Origin: Eubacteriales bacterium
GTDB taxonomy: Bacteria > Bacillota > Clostridia > Oscillospirales > CAG-272
DNA length: 64,000 nucleotides
Direction: 5' to 3'
Assembly (NCBI GenBank): GCA_045543955.1
Contig: JAZPYB010000009.1
Span: forward strand, 1,420 to 65,419
Under the pieces are notes generated by a model. That model saw nothing but the letters and a program-made list of their open reading frames with translations. It was not told the origin of the DNA and did no database searches. Shown one piece after another: positions 1-7,569 of the stretch (its first letter is position 1; every line of letters begins with the position of its first letter). Position numbers and translations under genes: made by a program.

Positions 1-171
1 ATGGATTTTAAAGAGATTGCCAAGGCGCTAAAGGACATAGAATATCAAGGAGAATTAACTCTTGAGGCTGACCAATACTTGGGCGCATATAATAAGGATA
101 ATGTTGCCCAGGGCGTTTGCGAGCTTGCCAAGAGTGCAAGAAGACTAGAAGAATTAATAAAGGAAGCATAA
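1..171 (+). CDS. 3' end of a sugar phosphate isomerase/epimerase-like (xylose isomerase-like TIM barrel) gene, truncated by window edge
   Basis: Frame +1 is open from base 1 to TAA at 169-171. The tail ...DIEYQGELTLEADQYLGAYNKDNVAQGVCELAKSARRLEELIKEA resembles C-termini of this fold. Family call is from memory only. Confidence 0.35.
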   Translation: MDFKEIAKALKDIEYQGELTLEADQYLGAYNKDNVAQGVCELAKSARRLEELIKEA

Positions 172-173
172 TT

Positions 174-1445
174 ATGATTATCTCAACTACTAAAGAAAAT
201 AGATGGCAAAATGGCAAGAGTGCCGACACTGGAATCAAACTAACCTTTGGCGAGAAAAAACAAAAAATCCGTGGCTTTGGCACTTGCTTTAGTGAGCTAG
301 GTGCAAAGGCATTGAACAGCCTTGACCCAAAGGAAAAAGAGAAGTTTTTAAACGAGCTTTTTGACTCTGACAAATGCAACTTTAACTACTGCCGTACACC
401 AATTGGAGCTAGTGATTTTTCACTTGATTTTTATTCATATAATGAAACAGATGGCGACTACGAGATGAAAAATTTCTCGATTGAACGCGACAAAAATCTA
501 CTTTTGCCACTCATAAAAGAGGGAGTTAAGCGCCAGCCAGATATGCAAATGTTTGCATCTCCTTGGTGCCCACCGCTATGGCTTAAAACTAAGAAAGCGT
601 ACTCAAGTGGAGTGTTTAACCCAACACCTGAAAATTACAAGGCTTATGCTCTTTATTTTAAGAAATATGTGGAAGCATACAAGGAAAATGGTGTCCCCCT
701 TGTACATATTCACCCACAAAATGAGCCTTGCTCAAATCAAATTTTCCCATCCTGCATTTGGACTGGCGAGAAGATGGCTGACTTTATCGGTGGTTATCTA
801 GGACCTTTGCTTGAGGGCACAGGCGTTGATATTTTCTTTGGCACAATAAACGGACCGGAAACTGACCATCGTTGGTCATATACAAGATACCACAACTACC
901 TAGGCTACGCAATGCAAGATGAAAAGGCTAGAAAATACATCAAGGGCGTTGGCTACCAATGGGCAGGCAAGTACGCACTTGACCAAACACGCGACGACTA
1001 CCCAGAGCTTGAAATCATTCAAACAGAGAGCGAATGCGGCGGTGGAGAGAACTCTTGGGAGCATATGATGTACATTTTTGAGCTTATGCGCCAATATTTT
1101 AGACACGGTGCATCCGCTTATGTATATTGGAACATCGCACTTGAGGGGGATTCCTCAAGCACTTGGGGCTGGTGCCAAAATTCACTTATGCACGTGGTTG
1201 ATGGAAAGCCAAACTACACCCCTGAATTTTACCTTATGAAGCACTTTGCACATTTCGTAAAGCGTGGCGCTCGTTACATAAGAATTAACGGCGAGTTTTC
1301 CAGTATGTGTGTTGCGTTTGAAAATCCAAATGGCGAAAAAATTGTCGTTGTATCTAACCCATATAAGACTGAAAAAGCGATAGAAATTGAGGGAAAAGCA
1401 TACACCCTGCCTGCCGAGTCTATTAATACAATTGTAATTGATTAA
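174..1445 (+). CDS. glycoside hydrolase family 30 (glucosylceramidase-like)
   Basis: ORF 117..1445 trimmed to ATG 174, preceded by AAGGAAG. Translation (GFGTCFSE, ASPWCPPLWLKT, HPQNEP, TESECG) matches the GH30 TIM-barrel pattern. Confidence 0.8.
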   Translation: MIISTTKENRWQNGKSADTGIKLTFGEKKQKIRGFGTCFSELGAKALNSLDPKEKEKFLNELFDSDKCNFNYCRTPIGASDFSLDFYSYNETDGDYEMKNFSIERDKNLLLPLIKEGVKRQPDMQMFASPWCPPLWLKTKKAYSSGVFNPTPENYKAYALYFKKYVEAYKENGVPLVHIHPQNEPCSNQIFPSCIWTGEKMADFIGGYLGPLLEGTGVDIFFGTINGPETDHRWSYTRYHNYLGYAMQDEKARKYIKGVGYQWAGKYALDQTRDDYPELEIIQTESECGGGENSWEHMMYIFELMRQYFRHGASAYVYWNIALEGDSSSTWGWCQNSLMHVVDGKPNYTPEFYLMKHFAHFVKRGARYIRINGEFSSMCVAFENPNGEKIVVVSNPYKTEKAIEIEGKAYTLPAESINTIVID

Positions 1446-1502
1446 TTTAGAAAATCACAACCGTATGAACAGGCGTTCTCGACTGTCCGTAGTAAAACAA
1501 AA

Positions 1503-1531
1503 ACGGAGAAAATATGCAAAGAACAAAATGG
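1503..1531 (+). pseudogene. displaced duplicate of the RBS plus first 6 codons of the downstream GH29-like gene
   Basis: ACGGAGAAAATATGCAAAGAACAAAATGG versus the functional TAGGAGATAATATATGCAAAGAACAGATTGG at 1599-1629. They share an exact 12-mer, ATGCAAAGAACA. The duplicate lies directly left of repeat copy A. Confidence 0.6.
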
Positions 1532-1577
1532 CTCCTTTGTGCAAAGGGAGCTGTCAACAGAGTTGACTGAGGGATTG
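1531..1577 (+). repeat. two-hairpin intergenic repeat, copy A
   Basis: GCTCC-TTTGTGCAAA-GGGAGC T GTCAAC-AGA-GTTGAC TGAGGGATTG. Same architecture as the copies at 6486, 7481, 14706, 61184 and 63220. Confidence 0.85.
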
Positions 1578-1611
1578 TTCATTAAAAGCGATGATTTTTA
1601 GGAGATAATAT

Positions 1612-2514
1612 ATGCAAAGAACAGATTGGTTTTACGAAGCAGGCTTTGGTATGTTTGTCCATTGGACAACAGCAACACTACCCGAAAAGGGAGAAAAAAA
1701 GGATTATCATCAGGCAGTCTTGGATTTTGACCTTGACACCTTTGTTTCGCAAATTGTATCAAGTGGCGCGAAATTTGTCTTTTTTACTGCCTCTCATTCC
1801 GAGATGCACCTGCCATTTCCACTTGACGAGCTTGACAAGATTTTACCAGACCACACCTCAAAGCGCGACTTGATTATGGAGCTTGCCGATGCTCTTGAGC
1901 CACACGGTATTAAGCTAATGCTTTACTTCAATGGTGACGGTTGTACAGACGAGCCTTGGCAAGAAGCAACCTATACCTACACAAACAGAGAAAGGCACGC
2001 AGAATACTGCTATAAAATTGCAGAAGCAATCTCTAAAAGATATGGCAAAAAAATCCACGGCTGGTGGATTGATTGCTGTTATGTAGAGGGGCTTTGCTCT
2101 GGTTATGGCACAAGCTATGACTTTGTGCGCTATGCAAAGGCATTGCGTTCGGGCAATCCCGACTCGATAGTTGCCTTTAATTTTAAAGGAATTGAGGAGT
2201 GGGACTGCGATTGGGGCAAGGGAATTTCCGACTACCAAGCAGGAGAGGAAAACTATATTACAAGATATCCAAGTGGTCGTTTTTCAGGCGAGGGTGACTT
2301 GCAATGGTTTAGCCTTTGCTGGATGGACGATTTTTGGGTGCACGAAAAAGAGGGAGAGCCAACGCCTCGCTATACAAACGAAGAGGTTCTTGACTATATA
2401 AACAAGGTAAGAGAGGGCGGAGGAGTCTTTGCCTATAATGTTGCCCCGTATCAAGAAGGGCACATTGCTCCCAAAACTGCCGAACAGCTAAAATGGATAG
2501 GAAAAATAATATGA
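1612..2514 (+). CDS. GH29-like (alpha-L-fucosidase family) glycoside hydrolase, short form
   Basis: 300-aa ORF with GGAG RBS. The N-terminus WFYEAGFGMFVHW resembles the GH29 catalytic-domain start. Assignment is tentative. Confidence 0.5.
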   Translation: MQRTDWFYEAGFGMFVHWTTATLPEKGEKKDYHQAVLDFDLDTFVSQIVSSGAKFVFFTASHSEMHLPFPLDELDKILPDHTSKRDLIMELADALEPHGIKLMLYFNGDGCTDEPWQEATYTYTNRERHAEYCYKIAEAISKRYGKKIHGWWIDCCYVEGLCSGYGTSYDFVRYAKALRSGNPDSIVAFNFKGIEEWDCDWGKGISDYQAGEENYITRYPSGRFSGEGDLQWFSLCWMDDFWVHEKEGEPTPRYTNEEVLDYINKVREGGGVFAYNVAPYQEGHIAPKTAEQLKWIGKII

Positions 2515-3107
2515 TAAAAGTATTTAATGGGGGTCTGCTTGACTCAAATACCTATGTTTATTCAACTGATACGGCTCACGCTATGATAATTGACTTTGGA
2601 GTACCACTTGAAAAGGTTAAGGAATACGTGGATGAAAATAATCTAACAGTTGACTATTTAATTTCAACCCACGGGCACTATGACCATATAAATTACGTTG
2701 GCGACTATAAAAAGGAATACCCAAATGCTAGTCTTATTTGCCACGAAAAAGAGCTTGAGCTAATTCGCGACCCCGAGGGCAATTTGTCGCTCTACTTTGG
2801 GCTTTATAATTCCTATGATGTAGGCTATACAGCAGTAAAGGACAATGATATTGTTTCACTAAAAAACGGTGGTGAGAGTGCCGATTTTTCTATTCTTCAC
2901 GCACCGGGACACACAAGTGGCTGTATGTGCCTTTATAACGAAAAGGAAAAAATAATGTTCACAGGAGACGTCCTTTTTGCAGAGGGCTATGGGCGAGTTG
3001 ATTTAAAATACGCAAGTCCTAGTGATATGATAAAATCACTAAACAAGCTTTATACCTACAAGGGCGTTAAAATTTACCCGGGGCACGGTATCTCCGGAAT
3101 AATATAA
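2511..3107 (+). CDS. MBL-fold metallo-hydrolase (hydroxyacylglutathione hydrolase-like)
   Basis: ATGA start/stop overlap with the upstream gene. HGHYDH (HxHxDH) motif and a later PGHT motif. Confidence 0.8.
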   Translation: MIKVFNGGLLDSNTYVYSTDTAHAMIIDFGVPLEKVKEYVDENNLTVDYLISTHGHYDHINYVGDYKKEYPNASLICHEKELELIRDPEGNLSLYFGLYNSYDVGYTAVKDNDIVSLKNGGESADFSILHAPGHTSGCMCLYNEKEKIMFTGDVLFAEGYGRVDLKYASPSDMIKSLNKLYTYKGVKIYPGHGISGII

Positions 3108-3136
3108 AAGAAAAAGGAGGCAAATAGCCTCCTTTT

Positions 3137-4003
3137 TTATTGCTTAAAATCCTTACGATACTTAGTTGGAGTAATACCAAATTCACTCTTAAATATCTTG
3201 GTAAAAAAGTTGTAGTCATTGTAGCCACAGCGCGATGAAATCTCTTGTATAGATAACTCACTGTTAAGTAATAAATCAATAGCTAACTGCATACGTAATT
3301 TAATTATATACTTAGTAGGAGTAGTACTCATATACTTTTTGAAATGCAAATTATATGTTGTCATACACATGCTTTCCATTTGAGCAAGGTCTGTTATTTT
3401 TATATTTTCACTAAAGTTTTCGTTTAAATATCTAACTGATTTATGTAGTCGTCCTGTGCCTGTGCCCTCGGTTGATAAGACTCTTGCAATCTCAATTAAA
3501 ACCCTGTCGCAAAGAGCAGATAAGTCCTCATCTCTAAAGTCGTCTTTTATAGCAAATGCGTCAAATAATGTTTTGAATCTTGCGTCAATGTGGTTGTTTA
3601 TGCTAATTTTGTGAATGTGTGGGAAAAGGTGTAGCTTATATTTTTCAAGCAAAGCACCAGCCTTGCTGCCGGTAAAATGTAGCCAGAAAAACTGCACATT
3701 TTGTTCACCCACTATACATCTATAATTGTATGAGGTTTTTGGTGGATAAATTATCAAATCTCCACTTGATAATTTTGTAGTCGATTCGGTATCAAAAAAC
3801 TCTATTTTGCCGGAAACCAAGTAAATTAAGTAATAATCAAGTCGCCCTTTCGGGTTTATATTTGTGTGGTTGTAGTTAGCATTAACATATCCAGCACAGT
3901 TGACAACCAAAGGGGCAGATAAATCCTCACGGCTACCAAAATTCAAATCCTTGTAGTCGAATTTTTCATTAATTGGATTTAAATAATGAGAAAATGTTTT
4001 CAT
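3137..4003 (-). CDS. AraC family transcriptional regulator
   Basis: ORF trimmed to ATG at 4003, which follows GGAGG. N-terminal cupin-like sensor domain plus C-terminal double HTH (YNLHFKKYMSTTPTKYI...FGITPTKYRK). Confidence 0.85.
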   Translation of the reverse strand: MKTFSHYLNPINEKFDYKDLNFGSREDLSAPLVVNCAGYVNANYNHTNINPKGRLDYYLIYLVSGKIEFFDTESTTKLSSGDLIIYPPKTSYNYRCIVGEQNVQFFWLHFTGSKAGALLEKYKLHLFPHIHKISINNHIDARFKTLFDAFAIKDDFRDEDLSALCDRVLIEIARVLSTEGTGTGRLHKSVRYLNENFSENIKITDLAQMESMCMTTYNLHFKKYMSTTPTKYIIKLRMQLAIDLLLNSELSIQEISSRCGYNDYNFFTKIFKSEFGITPTKYRKDFKQ

Positions 4004-4125
4004 TTTTTCCTCCACCGAACGTCAAATAATACTAAAATTCCGTTAAAGTCTACCTTTTATTGTGTTTTATAATATTGTACCATATAAATGTGCAAATGTC
4101 AAATAATTTACAAAAGGAGAAAATT

Positions 4126-6402
4126 ATGAAAAAGAAACTTCTATTTAGCTTAACCTTGATTTGTCTATTTGTTTTTCTTTTCACCCTAGCTATAAGTGCT
4201 GAAGAGAAGAACCAATATGTTGAATTCAAGGTAATGCTTGCTGGTGATACGGAATACACAACCGTTTACACCGTAAACAGCCACGATACTTGGAACCCGG
4301 GTATAACTATGTCCTACGATTTTTATACCGATTCCGAAAGAACTGCTGTTCTTGACAAAACTCAAATAGTTATACTTGATTTGTCAGAGCCTGTGGTTCA
4401 TACACTTGATGCATCAGCAGCTCCGCTCAGAAAATCAACTATTACTAGATTGGTAGGAGATGCAAATAATCCTTTAACCAATGTTACTCACATTGCTTTA
4501 CCGCTGATCGTTGATAGCGTGCCAAATAATATGTGTAAGAATTGGACATCACTTACAACAGTTGACTTTGGTGGTGCAAATAAAATTGGTGACAACGCAT
4601 TTGAAAACTGTACATTTACTGAATTTACAGTTCCCGAGCAAATCACACAGTTCAACAACAACGCATTCAAAGGCTGCGCTAATTTGCAAAAGCTGACAGT
4701 TCTCGGCAATGCAAACTTTGGCTCCGCTGTTTTCCAAAATTGTACGTTACTGACTGACGTAAATCTTGTTCAACCAAAGCTTATTGGTGGCAGCATGTTC
4801 CAGGGCTGTTCAAGCCTTGCTGAAATTACAATTCCGGAGGGCACAACTGAAATAGGCAATTGTGCTTTTATGGGAACAAAAATTGCTTCGCTCCACATAC
4901 CATCAACAGTAACAAAAATCGGTTATCAGGTTGCAGAGGAGGTAACAACACTCAAATCCCTTACATTTGCTGAAAATAGCCAATTAACAACTATCTCACA
5001 CCGTACATTCCAAAAATCAGGCTTGGTCGGCGAGATTGTTTTGCCTGAAGGTCTTACTAAAATTGATTACAGTGCATTTACAAGCACAGCAATAACATCG
5101 GTTAAATTGCCAAGCACCTTGACAACAATAGGAGATAGCGTATTCCAAGGCTGTACCGGTCTTACCGAGGTTACAATCCCTGATACAGTTACATCCCTTG
5201 GCACAAGTGCTTTCCAAAACTGTTCAAATCTTGAGGCTGTAAACATTTCTGCAAGCTCTCAAATTAGCAACAGATGGGTAAGCATTTTTAGAGGCTGTAC
5301 AAAGCTTGAAAGTGTTTTTGTTCCACCACTTGTTACAGAAATTGGATATGACAACTTCTGGGACTGTAAGGCTCTTACAGAAATAACATTCTCTGAGGGA
5401 CTTACAAAAATTTCTGGTGGTAACAACTTTAATAATTGTGAAAAGCTTACAAAGTTAGAATTTCCAAACTCACTTGAAACAATTGGGGGCGGAAATATTA
5501 ACCATTATATCAAGGAAATCAGATTTGGTAATAGCCTTACAACCTTGGGTGATGGTGCTTTAACAAGTAAGGCACTTGAAAAGGTATATCTCCCAGCTTC
5601 TCTTACAAGCATAGGTGCTCATATTCTTGGTTATTCAAACGCTAATGACTCCTCAACTAATATTACCTTTATCTTCACAGGTACAAAAGCACAAGCAGAG
5701 GCACTTCAGTTAGCCCTTAAAGAATATACAGAAGCAAATGCGTCAGGACACGTGCCGAATAGCTCAAAGTTCTATGATGCAGCTCTTGTTTCAGCAACAG
5801 AATATGATGCCGATACAACAGCACCAAGTGGCTATCACTTAGTTTACGATTATAGTGCTTGCAAGGCGTTCTATAAGGATGCTCACGTTGACAAAGCACC
5901 AACCTATGACTTCTGTGGTCAAAAATACATTTCAGATCTTTATTCATATACAGCCTGTGAAAGATGCACAGTAGTTAAGGAAGCTAAGGCTGCAAACGCT
6001 GTTTTTGTATCAAGAGGCTACTCAATAAACGAAAACGATAAGGACAGCTTTGTATTCGATGTTGTAGTTGACTTTGAGGCTATGCAAACCTATTATGAAA
6101 AGGCAGGAGCAACAGAGGAGCTTAGCTATGGTCTTGCATTGTCAGGCAACACATCATTGGCAAGCCTAATCAATGCAGACGGAACAGTGGTTGATGAAGG
6201 TAGTGTTTTAAAGGTTGATTTCTACGATACAAATTATACAAAGATTCAAATCAAGATAAACAACATCAAAACCGAAGCAAACAAGGCAACAAAGATATTT
6301 GCTTGTATGTATGTTATCGAGAATGGCGCTGTAAAATATATTGGTAATGGTGTAACAACCGACATACCCGAAGCAGTTTGCTATAACGACTTAGTTGAAT
6401 AA
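4126..6402 (+). CDS. secreted BspA-type leucine-rich-repeat surface protein with conserved C-terminal module
   Basis: ATG 4126 follows AAGGAGA. Signal peptide MKKKLLFSLTLICLFVFLFTLAISA. Many ~23-aa repeats of the form IPxxVTxIGxxAFxxCxxL. The C-terminal ~240 aa are paralogous to the 15261..16772 product. Confidence 0.85.
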   Translation: MKKKLLFSLTLICLFVFLFTLAISAEEKNQYVEFKVMLAGDTEYTTVYTVNSHDTWNPGITMSYDFYTDSERTAVLDKTQIVILDLSEPVVHTLDASAAPLRKSTITRLVGDANNPLTNVTHIALPLIVDSVPNNMCKNWTSLTTVDFGGANKIGDNAFENCTFTEFTVPEQITQFNNNAFKGCANLQKLTVLGNANFGSAVFQNCTLLTDVNLVQPKLIGGSMFQGCSSLAEITIPEGTTEIGNCAFMGTKIASLHIPSTVTKIGYQVAEEVTTLKSLTFAENSQLTTISHRTFQKSGLVGEIVLPEGLTKIDYSAFTSTAITSVKLPSTLTTIGDSVFQGCTGLTEVTIPDTVTSLGTSAFQNCSNLEAVNISASSQISNRWVSIFRGCTKLESVFVPPLVTEIGYDNFWDCKALTEITFSEGLTKISGGNNFNNCEKLTKLEFPNSLETIGGGNINHYIKEIRFGNSLTTLGDGALTSKALEKVYLPASLTSIGAHILGYSNANDSSTNITFIFTGTKAQAEALQLALKEYTEANASGHVPNSSKFYDAALVSATEYDADTTAPSGYHLVYDYSACKAFYKDAHVDKAPTYDFCGQKYISDLYSYTACERCTVVKEAKAANAVFVSRGYSINENDKDSFVFDVVVDFEAMQTYYEKAGATEELSYGLALSGNTSLASLINADGTVVDEGSVLKVDFYDTNYTKIQIKINNIKTEANKATKIFACMYVIENGAVKYIGNGVTTDIPEAVCYNDLVE

Positions 6403-6410
6403 ACAAAAAA

Positions 6411-6436
6411 AGAACCTCATATGAGGTTCTTTTTTA
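6411..6436. terminator. bidirectional intrinsic terminator
   Basis: AGAACCTCAT/ATGAGGTTCT perfect palindrome, flanked by an A-run and a T-run. Confidence 0.75.
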
Positions 6437-6482
6437 CTTGTTGTTAACCAAATCGTCGAGATTGATTTTTACAAACGCAGGG
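6434..6482 (-). pseudogene. displaced duplicate of the GH43 gene 3' end (PAFVKINLDDLVNNK-stop)
   Basis: 45-nt alignment to the functional end at 6538-6582 with 6 mismatches, all synonymous third-codon positions, plus one extra Lys codon. Homology stops at the left edge of repeat copy B. Confidence 0.75.
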
Positions 6483-6485
6483 TAG

Positions 6486-6532
6486 CCTCCTTTGTGCAAA
6501 GGGAGGTGTCAACGCAGTTGACGGAGGGATTG
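6486..6532 (+). repeat. two-hairpin intergenic repeat, copy B (archetype)
   Basis: CCTCC-TTTGTGCAAA-GGGAGG T GTCAAC-GCA-GTTGAC GGAGGGATTG. Confidence 0.9.
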
Positions 6533-6537
6533 AAAAA

Positions 6538-7398
6538 TTAATTATTAACTAAATCGTCAAGATTTATTTTTACAAACGCTGGGCGTTCATTCGGCGTATC
6601 ATTAGGCTGATGGAAAACGAAATTATCGTTTCCTTGCAGGTCTTTAAAAATCATACCGTGGCCACCGTCTTTTTCGTAAATGAGCTTATCATCAATTGTC
6701 CATTTGCCAAGAATTGAGCCGCTCTCGCTTCTCGCAATAGCCTCACAATATTCGCCCTTGTAAAAGCTTGACCAAATAGAGAGAAGTGTGCCGTTGTGCT
6801 TTACTAAAAACGGGCCATCGGTAACATAAGCACCGTAATCTCTTATGTCGTGTTTCCAAGAAGCATCGCCTGCCGCCCAAAGCTCAAATGGCTTTCCAAC
6901 CGGATGCGTTAAATCCTTTGATAATTCAACGGCACACACTGTGCCATTTTTTATTTGAGTCCACTCGTGGCAGAAAATCATATATGGGGTATCGCCTTCT
7001 AAATAAAATGTCCCGTCAAGGCAGTACCAGTCGGCAGGAGTAATAAATCCACTTGAGTGCAATGTAAACTTGCCGTCTGGTTTATTTGATACCAAGATAG
7101 CAGTGCCGCGAGGTGCGTTTTCCGGATGGAATGTGGCAAACATATAGAATTTTCCGTTGTATTTATGCACCTCAGGTGCCCAAAAGTCTTTAACACCTAT
7201 AAAGCCATCATAATATTCAAACACAGGAATTGGTTCACTCCAGTTTTCTAAGTCCTCGCTTACATATACGTCAAAGCCAAAGTCATATTTTGTGCCACAG
7301 TTTCCCCAAGTATATTTAGCTCTTGTACCGTACATATAATATTTGCCCTCGTGTGTCAAGATAAAAGGATCGCGTATATTGATATCACTTAATTTCAT
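6538..7398 (-). CDS. glycoside hydrolase family 43 (arabinofuranosidase/xylosidase-like)
   Basis: 286 aa with GGGAGA RBS. N-terminal IRDPFIL and five-bladed propeller-like repeats typical of GH43. Confidence 0.85.
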   Translation of the reverse strand: MKLSDINIRDPFILTHEGKYYMYGTRAKYTWGNCGTKYDFGFDVYVSEDLENWSEPIPVFEYYDGFIGVKDFWAPEVHKYNGKFYMFATFHPENAPRGTAILVSNKPDGKFTLHSSGFITPADWYCLDGTFYLEGDTPYMIFCHEWTQIKNGTVCAVELSKDLTHPVGKPFELWAAGDASWKHDIRDYGAYVTDGPFLVKHNGTLLSIWSSFYKGEYCEAIARSESGSILGKWTIDDKLIYEKDGGHGMIFKDLQGNDNFVFHQPNDTPNERPAFVKINLDDLVNN

Positions 7399-7480
7399 TT
7401 TTTCTCCCTGATTTATTGAAAAATTTTTATCAGCTAAAGTGCAGAACTTCTTGATTAGTTCAATTTTTGGGGTCTACCTA

Positions 7481-7524
7481 CCTCCTTGTAAAGTGAGGGA
7501 AATCACGTTAGTGATGGAGGGATT
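7481..7524 (+). repeat. two-hairpin intergenic repeat, copy D (variant stems)
   Basis: CCTC-CTTGTAAAGT-GAGG GAA ATCAC-GTTA-GTGAT GGAGGGATT. Hairpin 2 has a different sequence but the same fold. Confidence 0.75.
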
Positions 7525-7569
7525 TTGTCTTGTATATTTCGAGAAAATAGATTCAGATAAAATGAATAT

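Noticed and set aside
4060-4125. N-terminal extensions offered by the ORF track (117, 2493, 4060, 8787, 11733, 15138, 20122, 20465, 35829, 37255, 37331, 37831, 40911, 43807, 50421, 52805, 55719, 59632)
   Set aside because: In each case an internal ATG (or the TTG at 23089) is preceded by a GGAG-type SD at normal spacing and begins the conserved family N-terminus or the signal peptide. The extensions cross promoters, terminators or neighbouring genes.
6509-6523. Integron attC or dif/Xer site reading of the GTCAAC-GCA-GTTGAC palindrome
   Set aside because: GTTGACG does not fit the GTTRRRY core. No integrase or cassette structure is nearby. The palindrome always occurs inside the larger repeat unit, and copy D replaces it with a different palindrome.
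6434-6583. Diversity-generating retroelement (TR/VR pair) as the explanation for the duplicated GH43 end
   Set aside because: No reverse transcriptase is in the window. The duplicate is only 45 nt. The mismatches are not adenine-specific, and all are synonymous, which is the opposite of DGR mutagenesis.
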